DNA of 64,000 nt from positions 8,635-72,634 of the forward strand of contig JACQSX010000028.1 of assembly GCA_016211105.1 (NCBI GenBank). The letters run 5' to 3'. Below the pieces are notes generated by a model. That model was not told the DNA's origin. It saw only the letters and a program-made list of their open reading frames with translations, and searched no databases. Below are positions 51,416 through 61,031 of the stretch, piece by piece; positions within the stretch are counted from its first letter, which is position 1; the number at the start of each line of letters is the position of its first letter. This stretch comes from Acidobacteriota bacterium (lineage in GTDB: Bacteria; Acidobacteriota; UBA6911; JACQSX01). The position numbers and the translations under genes were made by a program.

Positions 51416-51904
51416 ATGAAGACAGAAAGGGCTATGAGACAAGGGGTATATCGCATCGGAGACGTTGCCAAGGAACTGGGTCTGACGCCCCAGGCGCTTC
51501 GCTACTACGAACAGGAGGGGCTTATTCCTAAACCTCAGCGAACGCCATCGGGCTATCGAATCTTTTCCGAAGACGCTCGCGCGCGATTGTTGTTTTTGAA
51601 ACGTGCCCAGCAGTTCGGCTTCAAACTCGACGAGATCAAGACTTTATTGGGAGTGAAGGCCAACCGCCGTGGCTCCTGTGCACAGGTCAAATCGCTGCTG
51701 GATGCCAAGCTGGTTGAGCTGGAGGAGCGATTCAAGCAGATAAAACAATTGCAAACCGATTTGCTGCGATTGCGAAAGGAGTGTGAAGCAGCCTTTTCCG
51801 TCGATGCCTCCTGTCCGGTGATCATAGATTTTGCCAAAGACGTTTCCGGCAGTGTCAGCGCGCAAAACATTCCCAAGAGACGGCGAGAGATTTCGTCTCT
51901 ATGA
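51416..51904 (+). CDS. MerR-family metal-responsive regulator 2
   Basis: ALRYYEQEGL, GSCAQV (third Cys present), CEAAFSVDASCPVI; start 51416 or 51434. Confidence 0.93.
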   Translation: MKTERAMRQGVYRIGDVAKELGLTPQALRYYEQEGLIPKPQRTPSGYRIFSEDARARLLFLKRAQQFGFKLDEIKTLLGVKANRRGSCAQVKSLLDAKLVELEERFKQIKQLQTDLLRLRKECEAAFSVDASCPVIIDFAKDVSGSVSAQNIPKRRREISSL

Positions 51905-52236
51905 GCGATAAGCCTATTTTGTTTGGAGCATTAATCGCATCCTTTACCGCCTCGCTCTGTTGCGTTTTGCCGGTCGCCGTAGCGGTGCTGGGAATCGGTA
52001 GTGTCAGCGCCGCGGCGATCTTTGAGGGCTTCCGCCTGCCACTGTCGCTGCTGACCTTTGCATTGCTGGGAGTTGGGTTTTATTTTAACTATCGTCCGGC
52101 GAAGGAAAAGTGCGAGCCAGGAAGTGCCTGCGCCGTTCCCGCCCACCGAAGGCGCACCCGGATAATTCTGTGGCTGATCACATTGGCGGCACTGGCGTTT
52201 CTTGCATTTCCCGACTACTCAAGGTTCTTGGTCTAA
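51901..52236 (+). CDS. merT: MerT-family transporter
   Basis: ASLCCVLP, CEPGSACAVP, 3 TM. Confidence 0.82.
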   Translation: MSDKPILFGALIASFTASLCCVLPVAVAVLGIGSVSAAAIFEGFRLPLSLLTFALLGVGFYFNYRPAKEKCEPGSACAVPAHRRRTRIILWLITLAALAFLAFPDYSRFLV

Positions 52237-52260
52237 GACTTCGTTTTGAGGAGAGCGTTT

Positions 52261-52596
52261 ATGAAAGGACTCAGTATTAGCATTTTCCTGTTACTGGTGT
52301 TGGGGCTGGCGGCCTGGGTGACTCTGCGACCCACCCCGGCGTCCAGCGACGACAAAGCCGCGGGTTCTCCGCAGTTGGAAAAAGTGGTTTTTAAGGTGGA
52401 AGGGATGACTTGTGGTGGCTGCGCTATGGGAGTGAAAAGGACCCTGGAGAAGCAGACGGGAGTGCAGAAGGCGGAAGTTTCCCTTGAAAAGGGCGAGGCG
52501 ATTGCCGAAGTGGAAAAAGGTAGGGTCAATCCCACAGCCTTGGCCGCTGCGGTAACTCGGTTCGGATACAAGACCACAGTGCTGAAAGTCAACTAG
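52261..52596 (+). CDS. Exported HMA protein (MerP-like, CxxC)
   Basis: GMTCGGC; paralog of 38009-38347. Confidence 0.9.
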   Translation: MKGLSISIFLLLVLGLAAWVTLRPTPASSDDKAAGSPQLEKVVFKVEGMTCGGCAMGVKRTLEKQTGVQKAEVSLEKGEAIAEVEKGRVNPTALAAAVTRFGYKTTVLKVN

Positions 52597-52641
52597 TGTC
52601 CCGGGACACTAGCGGTCGTCTTGTAAAGAGGAGAAGAAGAA

Positions 52642-53196
52642 ATGTCAGATTGCTGTTCTACCGCTTCGCCGGCTGCGAGCCGCTCAGCGAGGATTTGTCC
52701 CGCCTGCCAAAACAAGGGAAAACCAGTGCAGCTCATTACCGTGCGGAGCCTGGTGCGGCCGGAACGTAGGCCAGAAATTCAAGAAATCCAGCACTACTAT
52801 TGTCCCACGCCCACTTGTGACATTGTGTACTTCTCGGCCGCCACAACTTCTCGCTTTCATAAGGACAATCTCACCGTCCGCGTGGGCGCCAAGGAAACTG
52901 TCGACCCCATCCCAGTCTGCTACTGCTTTGGACATACGGAGGGATCGATCCATCAGGAAATCGAGGCCACGGGAAAGTCGTCTGCTGAGGAAAGCATACG
53001 GGCCGCCATTAAGGCGGGAGAGTGTACCTGCGAGACAAGCAATCCAGCAGGCGCCTGCTGCTTGGGCGACGTTCGAGCTGCGATCGACCTTTGGCTTCGT
53101 AAGATAAATGCTCGCTACCAGAGCGAGGAAGTGATGACAGCAGTGGACAACAGAACCAGCGCCGCATGTTGTGAACCAACACAATGCAGCCGGTGA
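52642..53196 (+). CDS. CopZ N-terminal-like Zn/2Fe-2S protein
   Basis: CPAC, YCPTPTCDIVYF, VCYCFG, CTCETSNPAGACC. Confidence 0.85.
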   Translation: MSDCCSTASPAASRSARICPACQNKGKPVQLITVRSLVRPERRPEIQEIQHYYCPTPTCDIVYFSAATTSRFHKDNLTVRVGAKETVDPIPVCYCFGHTEGSIHQEIEATGKSSAEESIRAAIKAGECTCETSNPAGACCLGDVRAAIDLWLRKINARYQSEEVMTAVDNRTSAACCEPTQCSR

Positions 53197-53345
53197 CAGT
53201 TCTTGCTCGGTGGTCCTCGGTTGGCTTCAATCGAGTGGGCAGGGTAGCCGCACAAAGGTCGACGAAGCGACAATTAGGGACAAAGCTGAAATACGTTCGT
53301 CCCCGGCTTGCCTGCTAAGCTGCAAAAAGGAAGGGGAGAAATGAT

Positions 53346-53717
53346 ATGAGCGAAGTTCACGCAGATAAGTGGGGACCCCTGGGCAGTATCTTCGCCGGCC
53401 TCTGTTGCCTGGGAGCGGCGCCTCTTCTGGCGGGCCTGTCAGCCTTGGGATTGGAGTTTTTGATTCATGATACAATTCTGATTCCTCTGTTAATCTTCTT
53501 TCTCGGCGTGACGATTTGGGCACTGCATCGAAATCGAAGCCGCTGCGGCACTGCTGGGCCCCTGTGGCTGGTGTGGCTCGCGGCTGTTCTTACGCTGGGG
53601 AGCCTCTGGATCTCTGGTGTGGCAGTAGGCCTGGGACTGCTTCTTTTGGTATCGGCTTCGATCTGGAACGCAATAGCAACCAAGCGTTGTGAACCAACGA
53701 GAGGAATGATCAGCTAA
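53346..53717 (+). CDS. MerC-like membrane mercury transport protein
   Basis: ADKWGPLGSIFAGLCCLG, 4 TM. Confidence 0.78.
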   Translation: MSEVHADKWGPLGSIFAGLCCLGAAPLLAGLSALGLEFLIHDTILIPLLIFFLGVTIWALHRNRSRCGTAGPLWLVWLAAVLTLGSLWISGVAVGLGLLLLVSASIWNAIATKRCEPTRGMIS

Positions 53718-53767
53718 GCGGGTTAGCAGGCTCATGCCGACAATGATTTAGGATTTAGGAAGAACCG

Positions 53768-54351
53768 ATGAGCCCTGAAGAAGTCAGTACCACACAGGCG
53801 CCGAGGTATGGCCCGAGCACCATTCACGCGGGTCTAGTGCTGTTTGCTATCGTGGGAGCCCTGGTTGTGTACAAGTGGGAAACAGCTGTTGGGATCCTTC
53901 AAAATGTTAGCGCCACAGGCGTGATGCCGACGCGGGCTGATGTTATTCCACTTGGTCGTGCTTCCGACAGTCTCGATCGATGAATTATTTCGCTGTCATC
54001 TGGCCCGCATTGCTCTTTGGTATCCTCATTGGTGGGAGTGTTCACGCATTTGTTTCTCCGCACTGGTTGACACGGGCACTGAGTGGCAGTCCGGGCCGAG
54101 CCCAGCTTGCCGCTGGGCTCGCTGGAACGCCGCTGATGCTTTGTTCCTGCTGTGTCGCTCCAATTTTCACAAGTGTATACGAGAGAACGTGGCGTTACGG
54201 TCCATCGTTGGCAGTGATGCTGGCCGCTCCTTCGCTAAATCCTGCGGCGCTCACCCTTACATTCATGCTTTTTGGACTCCGCATTGGGACTATGCGTGTG
54301 GCAATGGGGATCGCAGCCGTCTTCTTGATGGGAACGGTGTTAGATCGATAG
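53768..54351 (+). pseudogene. DUF318/ArsP-like permease, frameshifted and truncated
   Basis: Frame change near 53975; GTPLMLCSCC, LAAPSLNP; ends after about half the usual length. Confidence 0.7.
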
Positions 54352-54494
54352 GAGAATTCCAGAAATCCGCTTTACTCCCCCATTCCGTTTGTGAATGGTA
54401 GTTTGTGGACAGTATCCGGAATGACAACTCGCACCGGGCCAGGAAGTGTCACCTTCAAGATGGAGGTGAAATAACTCAACCGAGGGGAAGGCCA

Positions 54495-54626
54495 ATGATT
54501 CTTGCGCAGATGGAACCAATGGGCGGAATGAGGGGCATGATGTGGGGCATGTCTATCTACTGGGTCTTAGGCTTAGTCGTATTAGTTCTGCTGATCGTTT
54601 TGCTCGTGAAGATGATTCGGAAATAA
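54495..54626 (+). CDS. Small Met/Gly-rich single-TM protein
   Basis: RBS; MILAQMEPMGGMRGMMWGMSIYWVLGLVVLVLLIVLLVKMIRK. Confidence 0.55.
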   Translation: MILAQMEPMGGMRGMMWGMSIYWVLGLVVLVLLIVLLVKMIRK

Positions 54627-54825
54627 AGCGGCGATCTGTGGTTAGGTCGACTCTTTGGTGGAGCGGTTGCGCTATCACAATATGGCTGCCGGCGGTCTGT
54701 GGGTCGGCTCCGGCGGACCTCACGGCGGATAACAGCCGTGTGAGTTGTGGTCCAAAGCAGCGAAAAAATCGCCTGGGCAGAATCCTGAGTCCTCCAATGG
54801 TATTTAAAAGGAAGGAGATAGCCAC

Positions 54826-56487
54826 ATGAGGAATCGCAAACATAGTACTCTGCGAATCGAAGGTATGACCTGCGACGGCTGCGGGCGCCACGTCATAGCC
54901 GCGCTTAAAGCTGTGCAGGGAGTCGAAGAAGCGCAGGTTGGAAACTGGCGCTCCGGACGAGCTACGGTTATTTCCGACGAGAGCGCCGAGAGCAGAGCGC
55001 TCGTGGGAGCGGTGGAGAAGGCAGGCTATCGGGCCGTGCTCGAGGAACATCGTCCCCTGGAGGGGCAGAGTCGCGTGCCTTCTAGTAAGGAAGAATTTGA
55101 TCTGATGATTGTCGGTGGAGGGTCTGCGGCCTTTGCAGCCGCCATCAAAGGCGCAGAACTGGGCGCCAAGATCGCTATCGTTGAAAAGGGAACCATTGGC
55201 GGTACCTGCGTCAACATCGGTTGTGTTCCATCCAAGACACTCATCCAGGCGGCCGAAATCTGCTATCACTCGTCCTATTCCGATTTTGAAGGGCTCACGG
55301 CCTGCCCGCCTCCGTCAGATTGGCAGCGGGTGGTGCGGCAAAAGGATGAACTCGTTGCTGCTCTACGTGAGGAGAAATACGTTCATGTTGCCGAGTCTTA
55401 CCCCAATATCAAGATCATCAAGGGACGCGCGAAACTGCTGGGCGGGCGTCAGCTTGTTGTGGATGGCCGCACCTACACCTCGGAGAAAATTCTGCTTGCC
55501 ACTGGATCGCAACCGTGGGCGCCGGATATTCCGGGTTTGAAAGAGGCAGGATTTCTGGACAGCACCGACGCTTTGAGCTTAACCGCGCTTCCTCAATCCA
55601 TGTTGGTGATAGGAGGGGGCTCCATTGGATTGGAGCTGGCCCAATTATTTTCCCGTTTTGGCGTGCGCGTCATGGTGATGGAAAGCGGTCCGCGCGTCGC
55701 AATGACTGAAGAACCCGAGATCGGCGACGCGCTAGTGAGATATTTGGAAAGTGAAAAAATTCGCATTTGTGCCGATGTGAAGATCGAAAGCGTTGAGTAC
55801 AAGAATGGCGACTATCGCGTTCATGCAGTTATCGATGGTCACGACGAAGAATGTGTGGCCGAGCAGTTGCTGGTCGCAACTGGCCGTCGCCCTGTGACGG
55901 CTGGGTTAGGTCTCGAACCGGCCGGCGTAAAGGTCGGGGTTAAAGGGGAAATCCAAGTGGACGAACATTTGCAGACCAGCAATTCAGACATCTACGCCGC
56001 AGGCGATTGCATCGGCGATCCTATGTATGTCTATGTGGCTGCTTACGGTGGAGGACTAGCGGCTGAAAACGCGCTCAATGGAGCCGGCAAGGTTTACGAC
56101 CTGTTTGCGCTTCCTCATGTCACCTTCACCGACCCGCAGGTCTCCAGCGTCGGTTTGACGGAAAAGCGGGCAAAGGATTCAGGTTTCAAAGTGAAAACTT
56201 CCACGCTGCCGTTGAAGCATGTGCCCCGAGCACTTGCTTCCCGTAACATCAAGGGGCTGATTAAACTCGTGGCCGAAGAAGACACGCAACGGATCCTGGG
56301 CGCCCATGCGATGGCCGCCAGTGCCGGCGAGATCATCCAGGAAATGACGCTGGCCATACGATTTGGTCTGACCGTGAAAGATGTTGTGGAGACATTCCAC
56401 CCCTACTTGACTATGGTGGAAGGGATCAAGTTGGCAGCGCTCACCTTCAGTCGTGACGTGGCAAAGCTTTCCTGCTGCGCAGGCTAA
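54826..56487 (+). CDS. merA: Mercuric reductase with N-terminal HMA domain
   Basis: GMTCDGC; GGTCVNIGCVPSK; FHPYLTMVEG; C-terminal LSCCAG. Confidence 0.96.
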   Translation: MRNRKHSTLRIEGMTCDGCGRHVIAALKAVQGVEEAQVGNWRSGRATVISDESAESRALVGAVEKAGYRAVLEEHRPLEGQSRVPSSKEEFDLMIVGGGSAAFAAAIKGAELGAKIAIVEKGTIGGTCVNIGCVPSKTLIQAAEICYHSSYSDFEGLTACPPPSDWQRVVRQKDELVAALREEKYVHVAESYPNIKIIKGRAKLLGGRQLVVDGRTYTSEKILLATGSQPWAPDIPGLKEAGFLDSTDALSLTALPQSMLVIGGGSIGLELAQLFSRFGVRVMVMESGPRVAMTEEPEIGDALVRYLESEKIRICADVKIESVEYKNGDYRVHAVIDGHDEECVAEQLLVATGRRPVTAGLGLEPAGVKVGVKGEIQVDEHLQTSNSDIYAAGDCIGDPMYVYVAAYGGGLAAENALNGAGKVYDLFALPHVTFTDPQVSSVGLTEKRAKDSGFKVKTSTLPLKHVPRALASRNIKGLIKLVAEEDTQRILGAHAMAASAGEIIQEMTLAIRFGLTVKDVVETFHPYLTMVEGIKLAALTFSRDVAKLSCCAG

Positions 56488-56744
56488 ATGCTGACTGTTC
56501 TGGCAGTCCCTTGGGGAAGATCTCTTGCCGGCGCGCAGGCGCTTGTGGCGACATGCCGGAAAACTGGAAGCTAACGGGTTAAGCGAATTCGAGGAGAATG
56601 CCGATGAAGACCACCCAATAGCCGTAAGACTCGAATAGATACACCAGCTTCTCCGTGGGTGTCAGGAGATGGTTACCTTTGGATCTTCCGGCATGATGCC
56701 TACTCCTTCAGCGGGGCTTTCCTGCAGAGGGTATCGCGGTCGGA

Positions 56745-57389
56745 TCACGACATCAAGCCCCAGCCGACAGCCCCAGCCGACGTTGGACCGCCGGCAGCAG
56801 CTTTACTGGTATTTCGCTTGAAGACGTGTTCTTCAATTCTCTTGCGAATCACAAGGCGCGCGGCATGGACCCGGTTTTTCATAGCCGGTTTGGTGACGCC
56901 TAGAATTTCGCAGACATGGTCTTCTGAAAGCTTTTCGACATCTTTCAGGATGTAGGCTAGACGGTAATCCCCTGGTAATTCTTGGATGCACTTTTCAAAG
57001 AAATCGGTCAGCTCTTGCGTCTCCAGCGTAGAATCAGGCGCGCTAGACCAGTCCAAAATTGGGTCCACGTGCTGTCCCTGCTCGAAACGTGGAAGATACG
57101 GTTCAATGGGAACGACCTTGTGCTGGCTTTGATGCCTGAGCTTCATCAGGGATTGATTGCACGCAATGCGGTACAGCCATGTGTACAGTGAAGATTCTTC
57201 GCGAAAATCCTCGATTGTTTGGAAAGCCTTCAGGAAGGTCTCTTGCACTGCGTCTTGAGGGTTTCTCAAGATTTGGATGCTCACATAATAAAGGCGGCGG
57301 GCATAGCCAGCCACCAATTCTTCGAAAGCCTCTGTAGACTTCCGTTTTAGACCCTGGATCAGATCCTGTTCAGGTAGCGGCTGTATCAT
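56745..57389 (-). CDS. ECF sigma factor
   Basis: VQETFLKAF..FREESSLYTWLYRIA, LPGDYR..KNRVHAAR. Confidence 0.9.
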   Translation of the reverse strand: MIQPLPEQDLIQGLKRKSTEAFEELVAGYARRLYYVSIQILRNPQDAVQETFLKAFQTIEDFREESSLYTWLYRIACNQSLMKLRHQSQHKVVPIEPYLPRFEQGQHVDPILDWSSAPDSTLETQELTDFFEKCIQELPGDYRLAYILKDVEKLSEDHVCEILGVTKPAMKNRVHAARLVIRKRIEEHVFKRNTSKAAAGGPTSAGAVGWGLMS

Positions 57390-57487
57390 TCTCGGACGAC
57401 CCTTAAGTCAGGTTCAACGGTCCAACAAATCTATACTAGTTGTCTGTAACAGAGGAATTGATAGCGTGCCGGCAATGGCGCGCATTT

Positions 57488-57515
57488 GTCGAGACGCGAC
57501 ATGTCGCGTCTCGAC
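57488..57515. repeat. 28-bp perfect palindrome (REP-like)
   Basis: GTCGAGACGCGACATGTCGCGTCTCGAC. Confidence 0.8.
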
Positions 57516-57544
57516 CGTGCTGCCAATTTCAACGTTGCAGTCCA

Positions 57545-57823
57545 CTAGTGGTTCTCCCGGAGGTACTGCACCACCCGGCTCTCAAAGCAAGGATCAAGGG
57601 GAATCTTTTGCAGGAGTCTCTCCGGGCGGGCGACCTGGCGATAAGTGTGGATGAACCGCTGGCAGTTGCGGCAACCCCGCAGATGCCGTTCGAACTTCCT
57701 CTTCTGCTCCAATTGCAGCTCCTCCTCCAGGTAAGAGTAGGCGAACTGCTCGATTTCTTCGCAGGTAGGCAAGCCCATCAACTTCATCATCCAAGTTCTT
57801 GAAGAACGAATCATTCTCTTCAA
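57545..57823 (-). CDS. Soluble zf-HC2 anti-sigma factor
   Basis: TCEE..YLEEEL..FERHLRGCRNC. Confidence 0.82.
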   Translation of the reverse strand: MKRMIRSSRTWMMKLMGLPTCEEIEQFAYSYLEEELQLEQKRKFERHLRGCRNCQRFIHTYRQVARPERLLQKIPLDPCFESRVVQYLRENH

Positions 57824-58160
57824 TCCCTGTCTATCTCCTTTCCCAGACTATGGCCTCTTCCCAATCTCTTGGCCTGTCGAGGTTGATATTTAGATGCTGC
57901 AAAGGTACCGAACGTCTGTGAAAAAGTCTAGCAAACAGCGGGCAAGTGGTTTGGACAGAGGTTTCCAAGCCGCCGGGTCGATCCGACTCTGTTTGTAACC
58001 GCCTTAAGTGCCGGCTTTCCAGAAAGAATGCCAAGTTGGAGCAATTCTTTTCAGACGTTTCGCTTTCGGTGGCATCCAACTAGCATTCCGGCGTGTGATC
58101 GGGACATTTGCTAGACGTGTGGTTCGCGGGTACTGGAAGGCCAGAGGAGGAGCTGGGTTG

Positions 58161-60797
58161 ATGAGAGCAAGAATTTTCTCAGTATTGAAGTCTCTGCTGG
58201 ACATCCGGCCTGGGGAGTGGCGGGTCGCGCTGCTTATGGTCCTGTCCCTCTTCTTGGTTATCTCTACCTTTGCGGTTGTCAAGCCAGTTCGTAGCAGCCT
58301 GTTTCTGCAGCATTTCGGCGCCCGCAATCTCCCGTACGTCTACCTGGCCACGGCCTTGCTGGCTGGCGCCATAACATGGATCCATTCCAAGCTGCTAGAT
58401 CGCTTCAACCTTTTGACCGTTCAGGTGCTGGCCCACCTTTTCTTTATTTCCAACCTCATCCTTTTCTGGTTCGCATTTCGCAGCGACAGTCCGTGGCTCT
58501 CGGCTGCCTTCTTTTTATGGGTCAACGTCTTTACCGTCACAGCAAACGCCCTGTTCTGGACGTTTGCGAACCACTATTACAATGCGCGGGAAGCAAAACG
58601 GCTGTATGGGTTTATCAGTGCCGGTGGCACCTTAGGCGGCATCGCCAGCGGTTTCTCCGTGGCTGCCATCGCGCAGGACATCGGGACTGACAACATGCTG
58701 CTTATCTGTTGCGGAGTGCTGGGCGTTTATATACTGCTCACCCGCCTGGTCTGGAGACTGGGCAAAGAGCGTTTCGCCGCCGCGCAGATATCCTATGTAG
58801 AGGCGACACCGCAGGTTAGCAATTTGGCCGGAAAGGAGCAGGAGAGGCCGCCGCTACGGAACCTGTTCCAATCCGCCTATCCGAAATATATTGCGGCAGC
58901 AATGGGGTTGTCTCTGATCATTTCGACTCTCATCGACTACCAATTCAACGTGGCCGTCGAGGGGGCGTATCCTGACGAGAACGCAAAAACTGCCTTCTTT
59001 AGCAGTTTTATCGCCGCTGTTAGCGCACTCTCCTTTTTTATGCAGATCTTCCTGACGAGCAAACTCTTGCGAGGGTTAGGCATCGGTTTTGCTCTGATGC
59101 TGCTCCCGGTGACGCTTTTGGGTGGATCGTTCTGGCTCGCCTTCTATCCCGTTTTGAGCTCGGCTATCTTTGTCAAGATTGCGGACCAGAGCGTGCGCTA
59201 TTCGGTTGAACAGTCGACTCGAGACGTGCTGTATCTGCCGATTCCAGACCGGGTGATGGGTAAATTGAAGACCTTCGTGGACGTGTTTGTCCAACGGTTC
59301 GCCAAGGGGATTGGTTCTCTGCTGATCCTTGCGCTGACTGTCTGGTGGACCCTTGGCTTCCAGATTCTCAGCTACGTCGCTATCGTCCTGGCCCTTCTAT
59401 GGGTGACCTGCTCTCTACTGCTGAGGAAAGAATATCGCGAGCAGCTAAAAAACTTTCTGGCACGTGAGAATCTGGTTGGGGAACCAAAGTTTGTACGCGT
59501 CCTTGATCAGATCACCGGTGCGGAACTACTCAGGGTTGCAGAGTCTGGGAACGAAGAAAAGGCCCTTTACTCACTGGAACTTCTGGCAGGAAGCCAGGAT
59601 CCGAAATTCGTCTCTGCTCTTCGAAAGATCGTACGGCAAGGCTCGGTTCGACTGAAGGCGAGAGCGCTCCATCTTCTGGCCGAACTCGGCGATACGTCGA
59701 TGATTGACGAGGCGGAGCATGCCCTCAACAGCCAGTGGACGGAGGTCCAGGAGGAAGCCATTCACTACCTGTGCGCCAGTTCGCAATTGGGCGTCAAAGA
59801 AAAGATGAAACAGTTTCTGATGGTGGAAGATCCAGGGCTTCGAGCGGGAGCGCTCGCATGTATGGCAAGTTGCGGAGGCAGCGAGGGAGAGCAGATGGCC
59901 CACTCGTTGTTTGAAAAAATGCTTGCGGAAAAAGGAGAAGAACGAGTCGCTGCGCGCACGCTGCTTGCCAGGACCCTACGGCACATCAAGCCTCCCTGTT
60001 TTCTTCACTCTCATCTCCGGCCGCTCCTTCAGGAGGCCTCCTCTGAAGTTGTCCGCGAGGCTCTGCTGACTGTCAGGCGCATCCTGCGCCGGGATTTTGT
60101 TCCTTTAGTGATCGAAAAGCTGGCCGACCCGGAAGTATCGCCCCAGGCGCTGGAGACGCTGCAAGCCTACGGCGAAAGAGTCCTGGGGACTCTGCGCGAC
60201 TACATGGAAGATGAGGCGACTTCAATCGATATTCGGCGCTTGCTACCTGCTGTCTTTGCCAAAGTGGGAACGGACACAGCGGTCCGGGACCTGGTCGCCA
60301 GTTTGTATCACCACGACGCGAGGCTGAGGTACGAAGTCATTAAAGCGCTTAACAAGATCAGGGACAGGAATCCCGCGCTAAAGATTGATGGGAACCCTGT
60401 CGAAGGAGTGCTGCAGGAAGAGATCCGGGAGGCCTACGGCTTGCTCAAGGAGCTTTGCCTGCGTACGTCCGTAGAACCTCAGGACGAAGGCAGTGAGCAG
60501 CAAATCGCCGCAATCGGTAGGGTGGCGGAAGACTATCGACACTCGCTCGAAAGGATCTTTCGCCTGCTAGGACTCCTTTTCAGCCAGCGCGACATCTACA
60601 CGGCGTACCGGGGGCTCAACAGCCCGCGTCTGGAGTTGAAGATGAACGCCGTGGAGCTGCTCGACAATCTGCTGCCAAGCCAGTTCAAGAGGGTTCTGCT
60701 CCCCTTAGTGGATGACGAAGTTCCAGTTCAAGAGAAACTGAAAGTGGCAGAGATGCTCCTGCGCGAGCCTGCCCCGGCTGCCGCGGCCAAGGCTTGA
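58161..60797 (+). CDS. Npt1/Npt2 (TLC)-like MFS transporter fused to HEAT repeats
   Basis: KPVRSSLFL, REAKRLYG, LIDYQF, then HEAT-repeat region; likely start 58158/58161. Confidence 0.85.
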   Translation: MRARIFSVLKSLLDIRPGEWRVALLMVLSLFLVISTFAVVKPVRSSLFLQHFGARNLPYVYLATALLAGAITWIHSKLLDRFNLLTVQVLAHLFFISNLILFWFAFRSDSPWLSAAFFLWVNVFTVTANALFWTFANHYYNAREAKRLYGFISAGGTLGGIASGFSVAAIAQDIGTDNMLLICCGVLGVYILLTRLVWRLGKERFAAAQISYVEATPQVSNLAGKEQERPPLRNLFQSAYPKYIAAAMGLSLIISTLIDYQFNVAVEGAYPDENAKTAFFSSFIAAVSALSFFMQIFLTSKLLRGLGIGFALMLLPVTLLGGSFWLAFYPVLSSAIFVKIADQSVRYSVEQSTRDVLYLPIPDRVMGKLKTFVDVFVQRFAKGIGSLLILALTVWWTLGFQILSYVAIVLALLWVTCSLLLRKEYREQLKNFLARENLVGEPKFVRVLDQITGAELLRVAESGNEEKALYSLELLAGSQDPKFVSALRKIVRQGSVRLKARALHLLAELGDTSMIDEAEHALNSQWTEVQEEAIHYLCASSQLGVKEKMKQFLMVEDPGLRAGALACMASCGGSEGEQMAHSLFEKMLAEKGEERVAARTLLARTLRHIKPPCFLHSHLRPLLQEASSEVVREALLTVRRILRRDFVPLVIEKLADPEVSPQALETLQAYGERVLGTLRDYMEDEATSIDIRRLLPAVFAKVGTDTAVRDLVASLYHHDARLRYEVIKALNKIRDRNPALKIDGNPVEGVLQEEIREAYGLLKELCLRTSVEPQDEGSEQQIAAIGRVAEDYRHSLERIFRLLGLLFSQRDIYTAYRGLNSPRLELKMNAVELLDNLLPSQFKRVLLPLVDDEVPVQEKLKVAEMLLREPAPAAAAKA

Positions 60798-60843
60798 AGG
60801 GAACAAAGGGAACATATCCAGACGGGATTATCCCGCTGGCTTA

Positions 60844-61031
60844 GGGTCTGTGAGGAAATAATGTTTACACTTTGCTGCTGGTCCGCAGCCCGAAGGGGCG
60901 CGGCGGCGTGTGGGCATCTGCTTTGTTGCCGCTCCTCGACGATGCACACCGGCATCGCCTGCGTCGCGGCGTCTCGCATCTGCCCGCACGGCGCTCGCGC
61001 CAAAGTGTAAACATTATTTCTTCACAGACCC
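60844..61031. mobile_element. 188-bp MITE with 31-bp terminal inverted repeats and TTA target duplication
   Basis: GGGTCTGTGAGGAAATAATGTTTACACTTTG vs reverse complement at right end (1 mismatch); TTA at 60841-60843 and 61032-61034. Confidence 0.88.

Noticed and set aside
53975-53983. TGA in the permease gene as Sec
   Set aside because: The downstream part is in a different frame; this is a frameshift.
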